DNA of 64,000 bases from Callorhinchus milii (Eukaryota): NCBI RefSeq assembly GCF_018977255.1, contig NW_024704742.1, forward strand, positions 91,762,001-91,826,000, written 5' to 3'. The notes under the pieces were generated by a model. It made no database searches and was not told the DNA's origin. It saw only the letters and a list, made by a program, of their open reading frames with translations. Below are positions 51,149-63,762 of this stretch, piece by piece. Numbering within the stretch: position 1 is the first letter of the stretch; every line of letters starts with the position of its first letter. A program made the translations under genes and the position numbers.

Positions 51149-51518
51149 CAACAACAACAACAAAATGACATTTATAGAGCGCCTTTCACATCGGGAGGAC
51201 ATCCCAAAGCGCTGAACAGTCAGGTGTCGGGGCCCAAGCATGAGGGAGGGGTGGTGTAGGGGTGAGGGAAGGCAGAGAGGTGGGAGGGCGACCAAAAGCA
51301 CGATTGAAGAGAAGGGTCTTGAGATCGGCCTTGAAGGAGGCAAGGGAGGAAGTGAGACGAAGGGACCATGGGATGGAGTTCCAGAGTGTGGGGGCAGAGA
51401 GGCTGAAAGTCCGGCCACTGATGGTAGGGCGGGTCGAGCGGGAGACACGGAGCAGACTGGAGCCCGCTGAATGGAAAAAGCGGGCAGGTTGGTAGGGATT
51501 CAGCAGGTCAGAGAGGTA
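51149..51518 (-). mobile_element. L2 3' end, same subfamily as 26612-27570
   Basis: Near-identical inverted match to ~27200-27570, including gctgaacagtcaggtgtcggggcc. Confidence 0.93.
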
Positions 51519-53039
51519 AGAACTGTTTTAGCTGTTTCTAAAATGAATCCACTGTCGTGGACTCACACCATTCTTCCTGGTAACCAGTTCCGGCTGCTGG
51601 TGCTCTACGTAAAGAAATGCTTCCTTGTGTCTGTCCTACAATTATGTTTTACAACCGTGAAATGTGACCGGGGAGGTTTGGCTATATGGGAAATAGGGAA
51701 ATTTCCCGAGTGACCCTGTGAGTGGTAACAGAGTGCCCCCATGATGGACTGCTTGGACAAGTCAATCATTGCCTAGAGCCTACCCTCCCTGATGAGTGAC
51801 AGCTACGATAGCCAATTACCACTCAGTATCTGCCATCCTGTTTAAATCCCAACAAACTTTTTAAATGCACAGAGGCTTCATGCCAAAAAGAGCATCCTCA
51901 CAAATCAGTGCCCTTCCCCCATTTTACCTGAAAATCCCAGGACCTTTCGTGCAAACAGTCGGTCGTTGTCTGTGATCTCTCAGCTTTTTGAGAATTCAGC
52001 TCGCTGCCAATTGGGTATTAGAGTTAAAATACAACATGTACAAAAATATATGCCTCACTGACATGTTCTCCCACTCACAGTGTATTCATACATCCCTCCA
52101 TGCCCCCAGTGCAGTGTCTTTCTTCCTTGCATATCTTGGGCATATCTTGGGGAATGTGTGGTGGATTTGATGGGGAACAAAATACAGTTTCATCTGCTTA
52201 TGTGACAGTTTCATCTGCTATGACTAACCATGAACAGGCACAGAAAATGGTTATACTTACACAGGTATTTTTCCTGTCACTCTGAGGGTCAGTGAACTGG
52301 ACACAAGAGGATGTCAACAAAACAGGCAGCCAGTGCTATAACCTTTACCTACCACCAGGCTTCAAAAGACACTCATTTTATATTACCCAGGGATAATTCG
52401 GAGAAATCAGACAAAGTGCAAAATTAATGGATTCTCTTAAATGGATTGCAATATCAAACAAGGTATCAGAGTCAAATGAAGAAACACTGAGATCTTATTG
52501 TCTTTTCATATGCATTACAGTAACATGAGTTCACAATCACTGCATAAATAGAGATTCCAACCTTTCTTGTTTCCTCATACATAGAAACAGAAAAGTTGGC
52601 ATGCAGTGAGTAGTTGTGGGAGAGCTTCAATCCAGTTGACTATGTTTGTTTTACAACTATTCATCTGTATAAAGTTTAAGTCCTGTTAATTTATTGAGAA
52701 ATCTGGAATAGATTACTGTTTGATCTGTACTCTATCTTGTACTATTGAATGCTGGCTTTTGCTAAGCTTCCCCTATATTGAAGTAATCCTAGTCTAAGTT
52801 TAAAAGTTTAAAGGAGTTAAAAGCAATCCAGTTTATCTGGAACATCCAAGGTTAACACTTATTCACTAGTTTTGCTCTCTCTTAGCCACAGAACTCAGGA
52901 ATGTAACATGTGGATTCTTTTTTTTGGAAGCATGCTCTGTTTCTCCCTTCAGATCTAGTTTTATTCCCCTGGCAAATCTCATCACTATGTTTCCTTCGGA
53001 AAATTAGGCAGTCCAAACTGCAGATTTTTCTATATCTGC

Positions 53040-53200
53040 TGTTACTACTACCCCCATCACACGAGTCTTCGTCAGGTTCCACATGCTCCCTATCACAGAA
53101 TGGACCAATTTCAAGATCCTTTCATTTGTTTACAAATCCCTTCATGCCCTGGCACCTCCCTACATCTCTGACCTCCTTTCTCCCAGCTCCACTACCCACT
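53040..53200 (+). mobile_element. Degraded L2 fragment
   Basis: ccccatcacacgagtcttcgtcaggttccac...aatttcaagatcc. Confidence 0.65.
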
Positions 53201-54224
53201 GCCTCCTGGTTGAATAGCCATAGTGCACAGTTCACCATGAAAACTGAAGAGTAGGAGAGAGAAAAGGAGAGAAAGAAAGTCAGGAAGATGTGATTAATTG
53301 GAACCCCAATTGTGCTTTAAAAGTCAGCAGTTAATTTACGATTAAGGTGGAGCAGGACTTATTATTGATTCAGGAAAGAAGTACAACAAAGGAATTGCAA
53401 GCCAGAAATTCCAGAATGCAAACAGGAACTTCTGAATATCGTATTTGATACGATCTGCAATTAACCTTTCAGCCAAATCAACTTTACACCAGAACAAATG
53501 AAATCTACCATTAAATATTATTAAATCTATTCTTATATAATGTTAAGAGTTACAATCTGAATATACCATAAAGTTGTGCAATGTTATTTGCTTTTTCCTC
53601 TCAAGGTATTAACTCATGCTATTGTCTCATGCCATGGGAGCCTGGGACAGTCTGTTGCCTCCATTCTTCATGTCTGAGACTGTAGAGGGAGAGACCAGGC
53701 AGATTATTCACCATGGGAGACACCACATCTAAGCCTGTTGCTGTTCTCCCCTAACATCCAAACTTGCTTATTTGCAGCTGGAGTGACTGGATAGTGTTGA
53801 GAATGGGAAGCCTGCTTAGTCTCTCCCTCTCTAGTCTAAGGACACTGGGGTGAATGCTAGCAAACTTGTCATTCTATACTTAAACCCCTGGGATGCTACC
53901 CTGCATGAGAGGCGCTACATAAATACAAGTTGTTGTTGTTGTTATTATAAGGGAATTTCCCTTTATATGTTTGGTTGTAAATTTGAAAACTTCTTATTAG
54001 TAGACATATTTTTGGCTCAATTTGAGAAATTGCAACAGCCACATCTTCCATTAAGCTGAAATCAGTCATCGCTACATGGACTCTGGATCAAACCTGGGAC
54101 TATCCTGATCTGTAAAACTAAGCAGACATCAGACATTACATGTATCCACAAACTGTAAATAAATTTTCAGTATTCAGTAATTTTTTGTAGTTTTTGTTTT
54201 ATAAATTAAATTCTACCTGCCAGT

Positions 54225-54625
54225 ATCATTCAGTTGGTAGAACTTTCACCTCTCAGTCAGATGGTTGTGAGTTCAAACCTATGTCAAGACTTTGAGCTCA
54301 TAGTCCAACCTGACACTCCAATCTAGTGCTGGGGAAGTGCAGTATTGTTGGAGACGCTGATCTTTAGATTGAGACGTTAAAGCGAGGTACCTATTTAGAT
54401 GCACGCTAAAGGTCTCACAGTACTATTTGAAAAGAGATGGGAGTTTATCATGGTATCCTGCTCATCAATGCCCCAGATAAAATCAGTCATTCACTTTGTA
54501 CTGTTTGTGACACATTGCAGCGTGTGAATTGTCTGCCTTGCTCACCTGCAGACACCCTTCACTACACTTTACAGCAAATCTGTGAAACACTTAAAGACAT
54601 TATGACGACATGATAAAGCTCTGTA
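54225..54625 (+). mobile_element. Deu-SINE, near full length
   Basis: tcagttggtagaactttcacctctcagtcagatggttgtgagttcaa head; gagacgttaaagcgagg Deu domain. Confidence 0.85.
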
Positions 54626-55627
54626 GTAAACAAAACAACAAATTGCATTTATATCGTGCCTTTCAACTGAGCTGGCAAGTGCAAGGATTTTTAAATTATT
54701 ACCAATTACTCCCACTATCAGCAATTATGTGTAATATAAGTTGACTGAGCCTTCTCCATTGAGTTTCATCATTCCCGATTAACAAGTGAAGACAGGTAAC
54801 TTTTACCTCATCAGTTTTCAGTATTCAAATAGATTGGGCTCCACTCAAGCTGATTCAGTCGCTATCCAATTGATGTTAATAATGTGAACGAGGTTTTAGC
54901 CTCCATTGCCACAGGATTCTGTAACCCCTTTAACCATTTTACCCAAACACGTTTCCTAAATAAATACCCCTTAGCTTTAAAATGAACGTGAATGAAACAT
55001 TTGTCCTGGCCAACAATCCCCCCAAATAAAATTGGTCATTCATTGCCTGGCTGTGTGCAAAATTCATTGCCTCATTCACCTACGCAGTCCCTGTACTTCA
55101 TAGTTAAAAAAACCAATGAAGCATTTTGGGACATCTTGACAATGAGATAAGTTGCTATATCAAATGCAATTACCATTATTAATCTTTATAAAATATATGT
55201 TATATTTTTGGTCCAGTCAAAATACAATTACAGATTGAAATGTTTCTTGTTTGCCTTTCTTTCAATCACTGGAAAGACAGAAGATCAATGCCAACAGGGC
55301 TTTTCAAGATTCTATGTCATTTCTTTTTTCTAATTCCATATTTCACTAAACATCATGGTTTTATTATTAAGATTATGTTAAAAGTCTATGCAATGGTATT
55401 GAAGACATGTTTTGGATATGTACCAACAATGACTGTAACTTTACTGTGAGTAGGCCACAGTGAACTGTGAAATTATAGCCAGGTTCCTCCTATTAACAGG
55501 AAACCTCTTTACAATACTGCAGTGAGGTTTGTGATAATTCTCCCAGAAATGTCATGGAAATACCTAACAATTATAAAATATGAGAACTTGGATTAATGAG
55601 TCAGGATAGCTGGAAAGTGTTTATGCA

Positions 55628-55970
55628 TAATAATAATACTTGGACTTGATATTGCATTTTATTACATCAAAACGTATCACAGAATTTACTGTAAAGTGGA
55701 GTGATTGTATTTGTAAGCAAATATGGAAACTAATTTGTGGACAGCGATAGCCCATAAACAATTATTAAGCAAGTAATCAATTTTACGGTGGAGGATTGTT
55801 GACCAGGACAAAAGTAGAAATTCCCTTTTTTTTTCCAAATACTACCAAGAATTTGTTAATGTCCACCTGAATTGACAGATGGAACTTTGGCTTAAAGTTT
55901 CATCTGAAGGATGGCACCTCTGACAATGCAGTGGTCCCACATTGCTGCAGTGGAGTGTTAACCTAGACCT
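55628..55970 (-). mobile_element. Deu-SINE, 3' part; head resumes at ~56680-56745
   Basis: gtccacctgaattgacagatgg...catctgaaggatggcacctctgacaatgcag; head piece cttctcactcagaggcaagagtgcc. Confidence 0.8.
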
Positions 55971-55980
55971 AGATCAGAGA

Positions 55981-56574
55981 TAATAATAATAATAATCATT
56001 GCATTTGATATAGCATTTTCCATGTCTTCTAGACATCTCAAAACGCTTCACAGAATATACTGTAAAGTGAATTGACTGTATATTTGTGGGTGCAATACGA
56101 CAGCCAATTGCACACAGCAGTGTACCACAAACAGTGGATTGAGTGACCAAATTATTATTGTGTTTTTTTTCTTGAGGGATTATTATCAGGCGTGTGGAGC
56201 AAGGAAACTTGCCCAAGGTTTCGCCCTGCCGGCATACGAACCCAGGTCTCCCCTTGCGAGGCGAGTGCTCTAATCACTGAGTTACAGGGCTACACAATAA
56301 TAATCTTTGCATTTGATATACCACTTTTCACATCTTCGAGACCTCTCAAAGTGCTTCACAGAATATACTGTCAATTGAATTGACTGTATATTTTGTGGGT
56401 GAAACACAGCAGCCAATTGCACACACCAGTGTCCCACAAAAAGTCAAGGATTGAAGTCACCAATTTTATTAGTGTCCTTTTTTTCTTGAGGGATTATTAT
56501 CAGGTGTGTGGAATAAGGAAACTTGCCCAAGGTTTCACCCTGTCAGGAATCAAACCCAGGTCTCTCACTTGTGA
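55981..56574 (-). mobile_element. Two tandem tRNA-SINEs, short subfamily (55981-56293 and 56296-56574)
   Basis: Two consecutive (AAT)n tail / body / head units. Confidence 0.9.
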
Positions 56575-57359
56575 TAGCCAACTTGTAGCCCACAGGCCAC
56601 ATGCAGGCCGCATTACACATGCATAAAATAGTCACATGGGCTGCCATCCCTAACTTAGACTATGAGTTTATTGCATTCCAGTGTGGCACTTGAATGCATA
56701 ATCTTCTCACTCAGAGGCAAGAGTGCCCCCAACTGAGACAGGCTTTCCACCAACCTTCACAGTTCAATTGCTCTCAAGTGTGGATGAGGCAATGATATCT
56801 TTCTGAAAATATGTCTAGGGACATGTGTATTTATACTCTACACAGGAAAGGAAAGTTTCATTCAACCATTCAATATTTGACCAACTTAGTCCCACCCAAC
56901 ATAAAAATATTAATTTAAGTCAGTATTTTATTTGTATGTCATGCACATGCAGGTTCTAAACTTTCTTCTCCAGAGAATTTTAACTTCAGTTGGGTCTATC
57001 CTGATGCTATGAAATGACTCTTGACCTACTGATAACTGCCAATTTTGCAATATAGCTTCCTTGTTTTTCAGAATTTACAGTGAACTTAGTATGAATTGAA
57101 TGCAATTTTCCACAAATTTTAACCAGACAAAAAAGAGTTGATCCAAGACAGATGTGACTGTATTTACTGGATCTTGAAACCTATCAAGCATAACAGAAAT
57201 CTTGTCCTACACTTCCTACCCCTATTGTGTTCTACATGATTACTGATGTCACCTAACCCATACAACTCCAACTGGCACCAAACATCTCGATAATAATTAG
57301 CAAACGTTAAGGCATTGATTTATTTTTGAAAAGCATTTCTTTTCCCCCTTCAAGATATA

Positions 57360-57760
57360 ATCATAGAGTTTTACAGCGCCAAAGGAGGTCATTTGACCCA
57401 TTGTGATTGTGCCAGCCCTCTGTTACAGCTATTGCTTTTGTCCCATTCTCCTGCCTTTTCCTCATAGCCTTTTGTATATTTGCTTGTCAAACATTTGTAC
57501 ATTTCTTTTAAAAGCTATTCTGAATTCTGCGCCAACTATTGTTTTTGGTAGGAATTTTATTTGTCTCAATCACCCTCTGCGTAATTAACGTATTTAAGAG
57601 GACACTAGATCCATACATCAACGGGAAGGGAATAAGAAAGAGGATTAAGAGAAGGGACTAGGAGAGGTGGAGTTTCTTGCGGAGTCTAAATACCAGCAAG
57701 ACCTAGTTGAACTGAATGACCTGTTTCTGTGCTATAACATTCTGTCTAATTCTGTATGAA
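57360..57760. mobile_element. Two CR1 3' tails in opposite orientation
   Basis: Minus tail ttacagcgccaaaggaggtcatttgaccc; plus tail gaatgacctgtttctgtgctataacattctg. Confidence 0.7.
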
Positions 57761-57829
57761 CATATGTAAATTCTCTTAACCTTTCCCTTTTTTTGATAAT
57801 GATCTTAAATTTATGCCCTCTGGTTACAG

Positions 57830-58066
57830 AGACTCATTTTTCTTTACGAATAGTGTCATGGGATCTTTAACGTTTTCTTGAACAGTCAGATGGAACCTCA
57901 GTTTAATGTCTCATCCAAAGGTCGGCACCTCCAACAAATCAGCAAACCTCCAGCACTGCATTAGACTGTCTGTATTCACTAGATGAGTTTGAAGTGACGA
58001 CATGGGCCTTGAGTACACAACCTTTTACTCGGAGGTGAAAACGCTACCAACTGAGTCAACCTAACA
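57830..58066 (-). mobile_element. Deu-SINE 5' half
   Basis: gaatagtgtcatgggatctttaacg...cctcagtttaatgtctcatccaaaggtcggcacctcc. Confidence 0.85.
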
Positions 58067-58566
58067 CATGCACAAACAGATCAAACATTTCACAATGAAA
58101 ATTAGTCTTGAGAAACCCTTACCATATTGTCTGAGCCCGAGCTGGGAACAGTCAGCTGGCACAGTACTCCACACTGGAAGATGCTACGCTGTGTCAAAGC
58201 TGGATTTTATTAGACAGCAACATTCATATTATTAATTGGCTGCATGGCTTTAAAATGTGAATCAATATGTTTATTATAATTGAGTAATTGCCTGTTACTG
58301 AGTTGGGGAAATGTGTGAAGCCTATTCCAGACATTTTGCGTAGGAGAAGGTTAATAATAGTTTCCAGCTGTCCGTATGTGACCTTGCACTGCTCCTCTCT
58401 CCCCCACCCCATCCCACCCTGATGACACAACATTCCACCAGCTGAGAAGATAACTCAGCTCTGCTTTCCAGGACCGTGATATTCTACTCTGTAACCAGCT
58501 CTACATTCAAATGAGAGATGCTGGAGTTACTTGCCTATCAATTTTGTTTTTTGTTTTTTGTTTTTT

Positions 58567-58880
58567 GCAAGCTAGAGGACCAGGGTCCGATTTCTGGATA
58601 GGGCGAAATGTTGGGCAAGTTTCCTAACTGCACACGCCCCTGTTTAACTCGCAGTAAATAGATTGGCAGATTGGTTTCCAGTGGTAACAATCCCTTCAAA
58701 AAATAATAATAATTTGGTTCTCAATCCATGACTGTTTGGGACAATTCTGTGCGCAATTGGCTGCCGCGTTTTGCCCACAAAATATACATTCAATCCACTT
58801 TACAATATATCCTATGAAGCGCTTTGCAACGTCTCAATGATGTAATAAGGTGCTATATCAAAGGCAAGGATTATTATTTT
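58567..58880 (+). mobile_element. tRNA-SINE, long subfamily, partly deleted
   Basis: agggcgaaatgttgggcaagtttcc...cacgcccctgtttaactcgcagtaaatag...gcaaggattattatt. Confidence 0.88.
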
Positions 58881-59220
58881 TTGTTTATATAAATATAAAT
58901 TGTTGTTGTTTATTTCATGGCCTGAATATTTTTGACGAATGTTACCATGAACAGTGACTATTACAATCAGATCAGTGGAGCATTGCTTGAATTTCTTGCA
59001 ATTACATCATGCCAATATTATGTGTATAGCTAAGTTCCCTTGAGTTGTGAATGATTCATTATTTCTATACACACTGAACGATGAATGACTTTGCATCTTT
59101 ATAAGAAAGAGCTTATTTCAGCTAATAGTAGGGTTTGGGGTGAATGAACTTAAGCAACAGGCCTTTATTCTACCATTTGTTTCACTTCTCTAACATCTTG
59201 CTTTATTTTTAAATTCACAC

Positions 59221-59472
59221 ATAATAATAATAATCCTTGCATTTGATATAGCGCATTTCACGTCGGAAGGACATCCCAAAACGCTTCACAGAACACACTG
59301 TAAAGTGAATTGACCGTATATTCCTGGGCGAACGCAGCAGCCAATTGCGCACAGCAATGTCCCACAAACAGTCGTAGATTGAAAATGACCAATTTATTGG
59401 TGTTTTTTATTTTTGGAGGGATTATTATTAGGCGTGTGGAGTGAGGAAACTTGCCCAAGGTTTCGTCCTGCC
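59221..59472 (-). mobile_element. tRNA-SINE, short subfamily, head truncated
   Basis: (AAT)n tail through to ggaaacttgcccaaggtttcgtcctgcc. Confidence 0.9.
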
Positions 59473-59534
59473 ACATCTCTCGACACAGTGAAAGTTCTTC
59501 ATTATTTATGTGACTGTTTATGAAACTCAGCATA

Positions 59535-59774
59535 AAAATTCCCTTCTCTATTCAAATAGTGCCATGGGATCTTTAACTTGCACCTGAACAGCCAGATGGG
59601 ACCTCTGCTTAACATCTCATCCGAAAGGCAACACCTCCAACGATGCAGCGCTCTTCCCAGCATTGCATATTGCAGTGTCATTCTAAACTTTGAGTTCAAA
59701 GTCGCAACATGGAGCTTGATCATACTAGGTTCTGCCTCAGAGGAGAAATTGCTACCAAATGAGCCAGGCTGACA
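59535..59774 (-). mobile_element. Deu-SINE 5' half
   Basis: aatagtgccatgggatctttaac...aacatctcatccgaaaggc...gagccaggctgaca. Confidence 0.85.
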
Positions 59775-59907
59775 TCCTTCTTAGATACAGGGTATGTCTG
59801 AAACATGGTATCAGCGCTGAGTTGCTTATAATACTGTGAATGAGTTGCTGTATAAATAAGTTGGTGCGTAGAAAGGAATGAGTTGCTGTACAGTACTATG
59901 GATGTCT

Positions 59908-61175
59908 ACAACAAACAACAACAACAAAATTACATTTGTATGGCGCCTCTCACGTCACAAGGACATCCCAAGGCGCTGGACAGTCAGTGTTTCAGACCTG
60001 AGCGGGGGGTTGGGATTGGGGAGGGTGGAGGGCAGGGGTGAAACAGGGAGATCGAAAGCACGGTCGAAGAGAAGGGTCTTCAGGTGAGTCTTGAAGAAGG
60101 CAAGGGAGGGGGCGAGGTGGAGGGACTGCATAATAGAGTTCCAGAGGATGGGGGCAGAGTGGCAGAAGGCCAGGCCGCCAAAAGTGGGATGAGGCGGGAG
60201 ACCTGAAGGTCACAGAGATAGTGGGGAGCAAGGCCATAGAGGGCTTTGAAAGTGAGGACCAGGATCTTGAATTGTATCCTGTGTGATGGGAAGCCAGTCG
60301 AGTCGGGCGAGGATGGGGTTGATAGGGTCACGGAGTCTGGTGCGGGAGAGGACACGGGCTGGGGAGTTCTGGATGATCTGCCGCCTATGGAGGGAGGAGT
60401 TGGGGAGGCCGAAAAGCAGTGAGTTTGCATAGTCGAGCCTAAATGTTATGAATGCACATATGAGGGTCTTGGTGGCCTGCAGTGTGAGACAGTGGCAGAG
60501 TCAGGCGATGTTGCGGTGGGGGAAGGCAGAGCAGGTCATGGCACAGATGTGGGGTAGAAAGGATATTTGAGGGTCAAATAAAATGCCAAGATTCTGAACT
60601 GGATTAGCAAGGGTGGAGTGTGCAATTATGGATGGTGATCCTGTCAGTGCTTCAGGTGAGGAGGTGCTGACGAAGCCAATCAGGAGAGCCTCGGTCTTGT
60701 TGAAGTTCAACTGAAGAAAATTAGCTCTCATCCAGGATTTGATGTTCAACAGGTATTCTGTCAGGACAGCAGTGGTCCTGGAGTCAAGGTTGGAGGCAGA
60801 GAGGTAGAGTTGGGTGTCATCCGCGTACATGTGGAAGTTGACCCCATGTCTGTGGATGATATTACAAAGAGGGAGTATATAGATGTTGAAGAGGAGGGGA
60901 CCAAGGACAGAGCCCTGAGGAACACTGCACAAGACGATGTGGGGGCTAGAGGAGAAACTGTTTGTGGAGATGAAGTGAAGGTGGTGTGAGAGGTACAATC
61001 TGAACTATTCAAGGACAGAACCTTGAAGGTTGAGGTGAGAGGAGAGGCGATTAATGAGAATAGAGTGGTCAACGGTGTCGAAAACAGCAGAGAAGTCAAG
61101 AAGGACGAGGAGGCAAAGGGAGGCCTGGTCGCAGATGGACATAATGTCATTTATCACTTTGATCAGGGCTGTTTC
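59908..61175 (-). mobile_element. L2 LINE 3' fragment (~1.27 kb) with RT remnant
   Basis: Minus [19 protein letters not shown]...[11 protein letters not shown]...[14 protein letters not shown]; (CAA)n tail. Confidence 0.95.
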
Positions 61176-61817
61176 TATAGATTTTTGTTTGCTAATTGTA
61201 GACAGTGTTTCTGAATTTTATCTCTCTCATAGGACATGGTTTTGTTTCTAAATGTTTCTAAATGTAATATGATGCTTTTTTTAATACAAAAGAGTAAATA
61301 AACACTGACCTGGAAAACTGATGAACAAAGGAATGGGTTGACCTATTGCCAGTCAGTACAGGGGTCTGTCTCTTGTAAACATGTTCTACAATTTCTTCCC
61401 TCTATTGTTCTTCATATCTCAGCTCCATTCACCACCACATTGCCAAAGAACACAGATGGAACCCCTCCTCCTCCTCACTAGAACACCATAGATTTCATTT
61501 TATAAAAATATGTGCTTAAATCAAACAATTGGCAGTTGTTTTGTGGCATATCAACTGCCAGGATGACAGGGAACATCTGGCTGGATGCAAATGGACACTT
61601 TCTCTTTCTGCGCATGCAGCTTTTTATTTCCTTCTGAAGAGAATCCAAACTTGAAATAGATCAAATAAGTCAAACACAGGTCTTTCCAAAGAGACACACA
61701 ATGGGACATTTTGGGGGTTTCCTATTTTAGGTTCAGATCAATACTTATGTCAACGTTCTGACCTCGCTGATGGCACATTTATAGTTATAGTTTGTTGTGA
61801 ATGGAACTTCTAAACTT

Positions 61818-62251
61818 AATAATAATAATGTATGGAATTGCCTTATCAAGTCAAAACTTCTCAAAGCATTTCACAGTATTTTCCATAAAGTGTAGTGACA
61901 CTGTATTTTTAGATGAACTGCAGCCAATTTGTGCACAGCAATGTCCTGCAAATAATCAGATGGTGAATGATCGATTTATCTGAAAGATGTTGGCCAAAAC
62001 AGGAAAAGTTCCCTTTTCTTTTTGAATATTGTCATTGGTTCTTTAATGTTCACCTGAACAGACAACTAAGACCTCAGTTTGTCTCATCTGAAGGCCAGCA
62101 CCTCCAACAATGCAGCATTCCCCCAGCAAAGCTTTGGAGTATCAGCCAAGACCTTGAACTCCAACTCCCCAATGCAGGACCTGAAGCAACAATGAAGGAA
62201 CAAACCTTCTGACCCAGAAGTGAGAGAGCTACCAACAGAGCCAGGCTGACA
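61818..62251 (-). mobile_element. Deu-SINE, near full length
   Basis: (AAT)n tail, gcagccaatttgtgcacagcaatgtcc, tctcatctgaaggccagcacctcc, gagccaggctgaca head. Confidence 0.85.
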
Positions 62252-62966
62252 TCTCAAGTGAAATTAACTAATAGGGTCTAATTTGTAGGTTGTGTTTATG
62301 TTTTAACTGGTTAAATCCCAGTAGCAACCTAATCCATACTCTGGGGACACTAATCCTTGCCTTTGACAACCTGTGCCTAATACTTTCCAGATTTAAATGA
62401 GGGTAAGTTCTTTAGGAAGTAGAGTGCAAACTCCATACTAAACTCACTGAAGGGAAATTTCTATGCATATAGTATGTGGAACTCTCGGGTTTGGATACCC
62501 TAAAGGATAGTGAAGGATTACATAAATACCTGGTTGACCAAGAAAAGGATCACATAACAACCACTGAAAAGATTAAAAAGATGTACTATAGCCTTAAATT
62601 TTTAAGAAGTCCAAGTCACTCCACTGGCTTGACCATTGCAATATATACAGGAAATAACCAGGAGCCAGTCCATGTCTTCAGTTATTAGTGGGGCAGATTT
62701 TTCAGCAATATATCAATTATATATCACAATTTTCAACAATTTCGGTTGCAGAAATTTAAAAGGTGTATGACAAAGGGGGATTAAAAGATCTGACAAGATC
62801 CAATGAACTGGTGAAACAGACTCAATGGGCTGAATGGCTTCCTTTTGATCCTGTTTTCCAATGTACTGAAATTCTGTGTGGGACAACCATAAGGATAATA
62901 CATTTTTGAATTTTTATAGAACTTTTCTTTATTACTTAACAATTACAACATCCCATCGGCACTATT

Positions 62967-63748
62967 CATAGAATCATAGAATATTACAGCACAGAAGGAG
63001 CCCATTCAGCCCATCATGTTTGTGCCGGTTCTTTGGAAGAGTTACCCAATCAGTCCCACTCCCCTGCTCTTTCCCCATACCCCTGCAATTTTTTTCCTTT
63101 TCAAGTACCTATCGAATTCTCTTTTGAAAGTTATTATTGAATCTGGTCCCACCACCCTTTCAGGCAATGGATTCCAAACCGTAACAACTCCCTGTTTAAA
63201 AAAAAATTCTCCTCATCTCCCTTCTGGTTCTTTTGCCAATTATCTTAAATCTATGTGCACTGGTTACTGACCCACTGGCCAGTGGAAACAATTTTTCGCT
63301 GTCTACTCTATCAAAACCCCTCATAATTTTGTACACCTCTATTCAATCTCCCCTTAACCTTCTCTGTTCTAAGGAGAACAATCCTATCCTCTCTAGTCTC
63401 TCCACATAACCAAAGTCCCCCATCCCTGGTACCATTCTGGTAAATCTCCCTGCACCTTCTCATTCCTAAAGAAATGGACACAATACTCCAGCTGAGGCCT
63501 AACCAGTGACTATAAAGGTTTAGCAGAATGTCCTCGCTTTTGTATTATATGCCTCTATTTATAAAGCCAAGGATCCCATATGCTTTTTTTAACAGCTCTG
63601 TCAACCTATCCTGCCACATTCAAAGATCTGTGTATGTGAACCCCCAGGTCTCTCTGCTCCTGCACCCCCTTTTAAAACTGTACCATTTATTGGATATTGC
63701 CTCTCCTCATTCCTCCTCCCAAAATGCATCACCTCACACTTCTCTGCA
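62967..63748 (-). mobile_element. CR1 LINE 3' end
   Basis: catagaatcatagaat tail; inverted homolog of 17535-18400. Confidence 0.93.
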
Positions 63749-63762
63749 GTAGAGCTACAGGT

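Noticed and set aside
52128..52225. Short tandem duplications here and at 9311, 11828, 25780, 31749, 59838 and 61241
   Set aside because: Ordinary slippage or micro-duplications with no shared motif.
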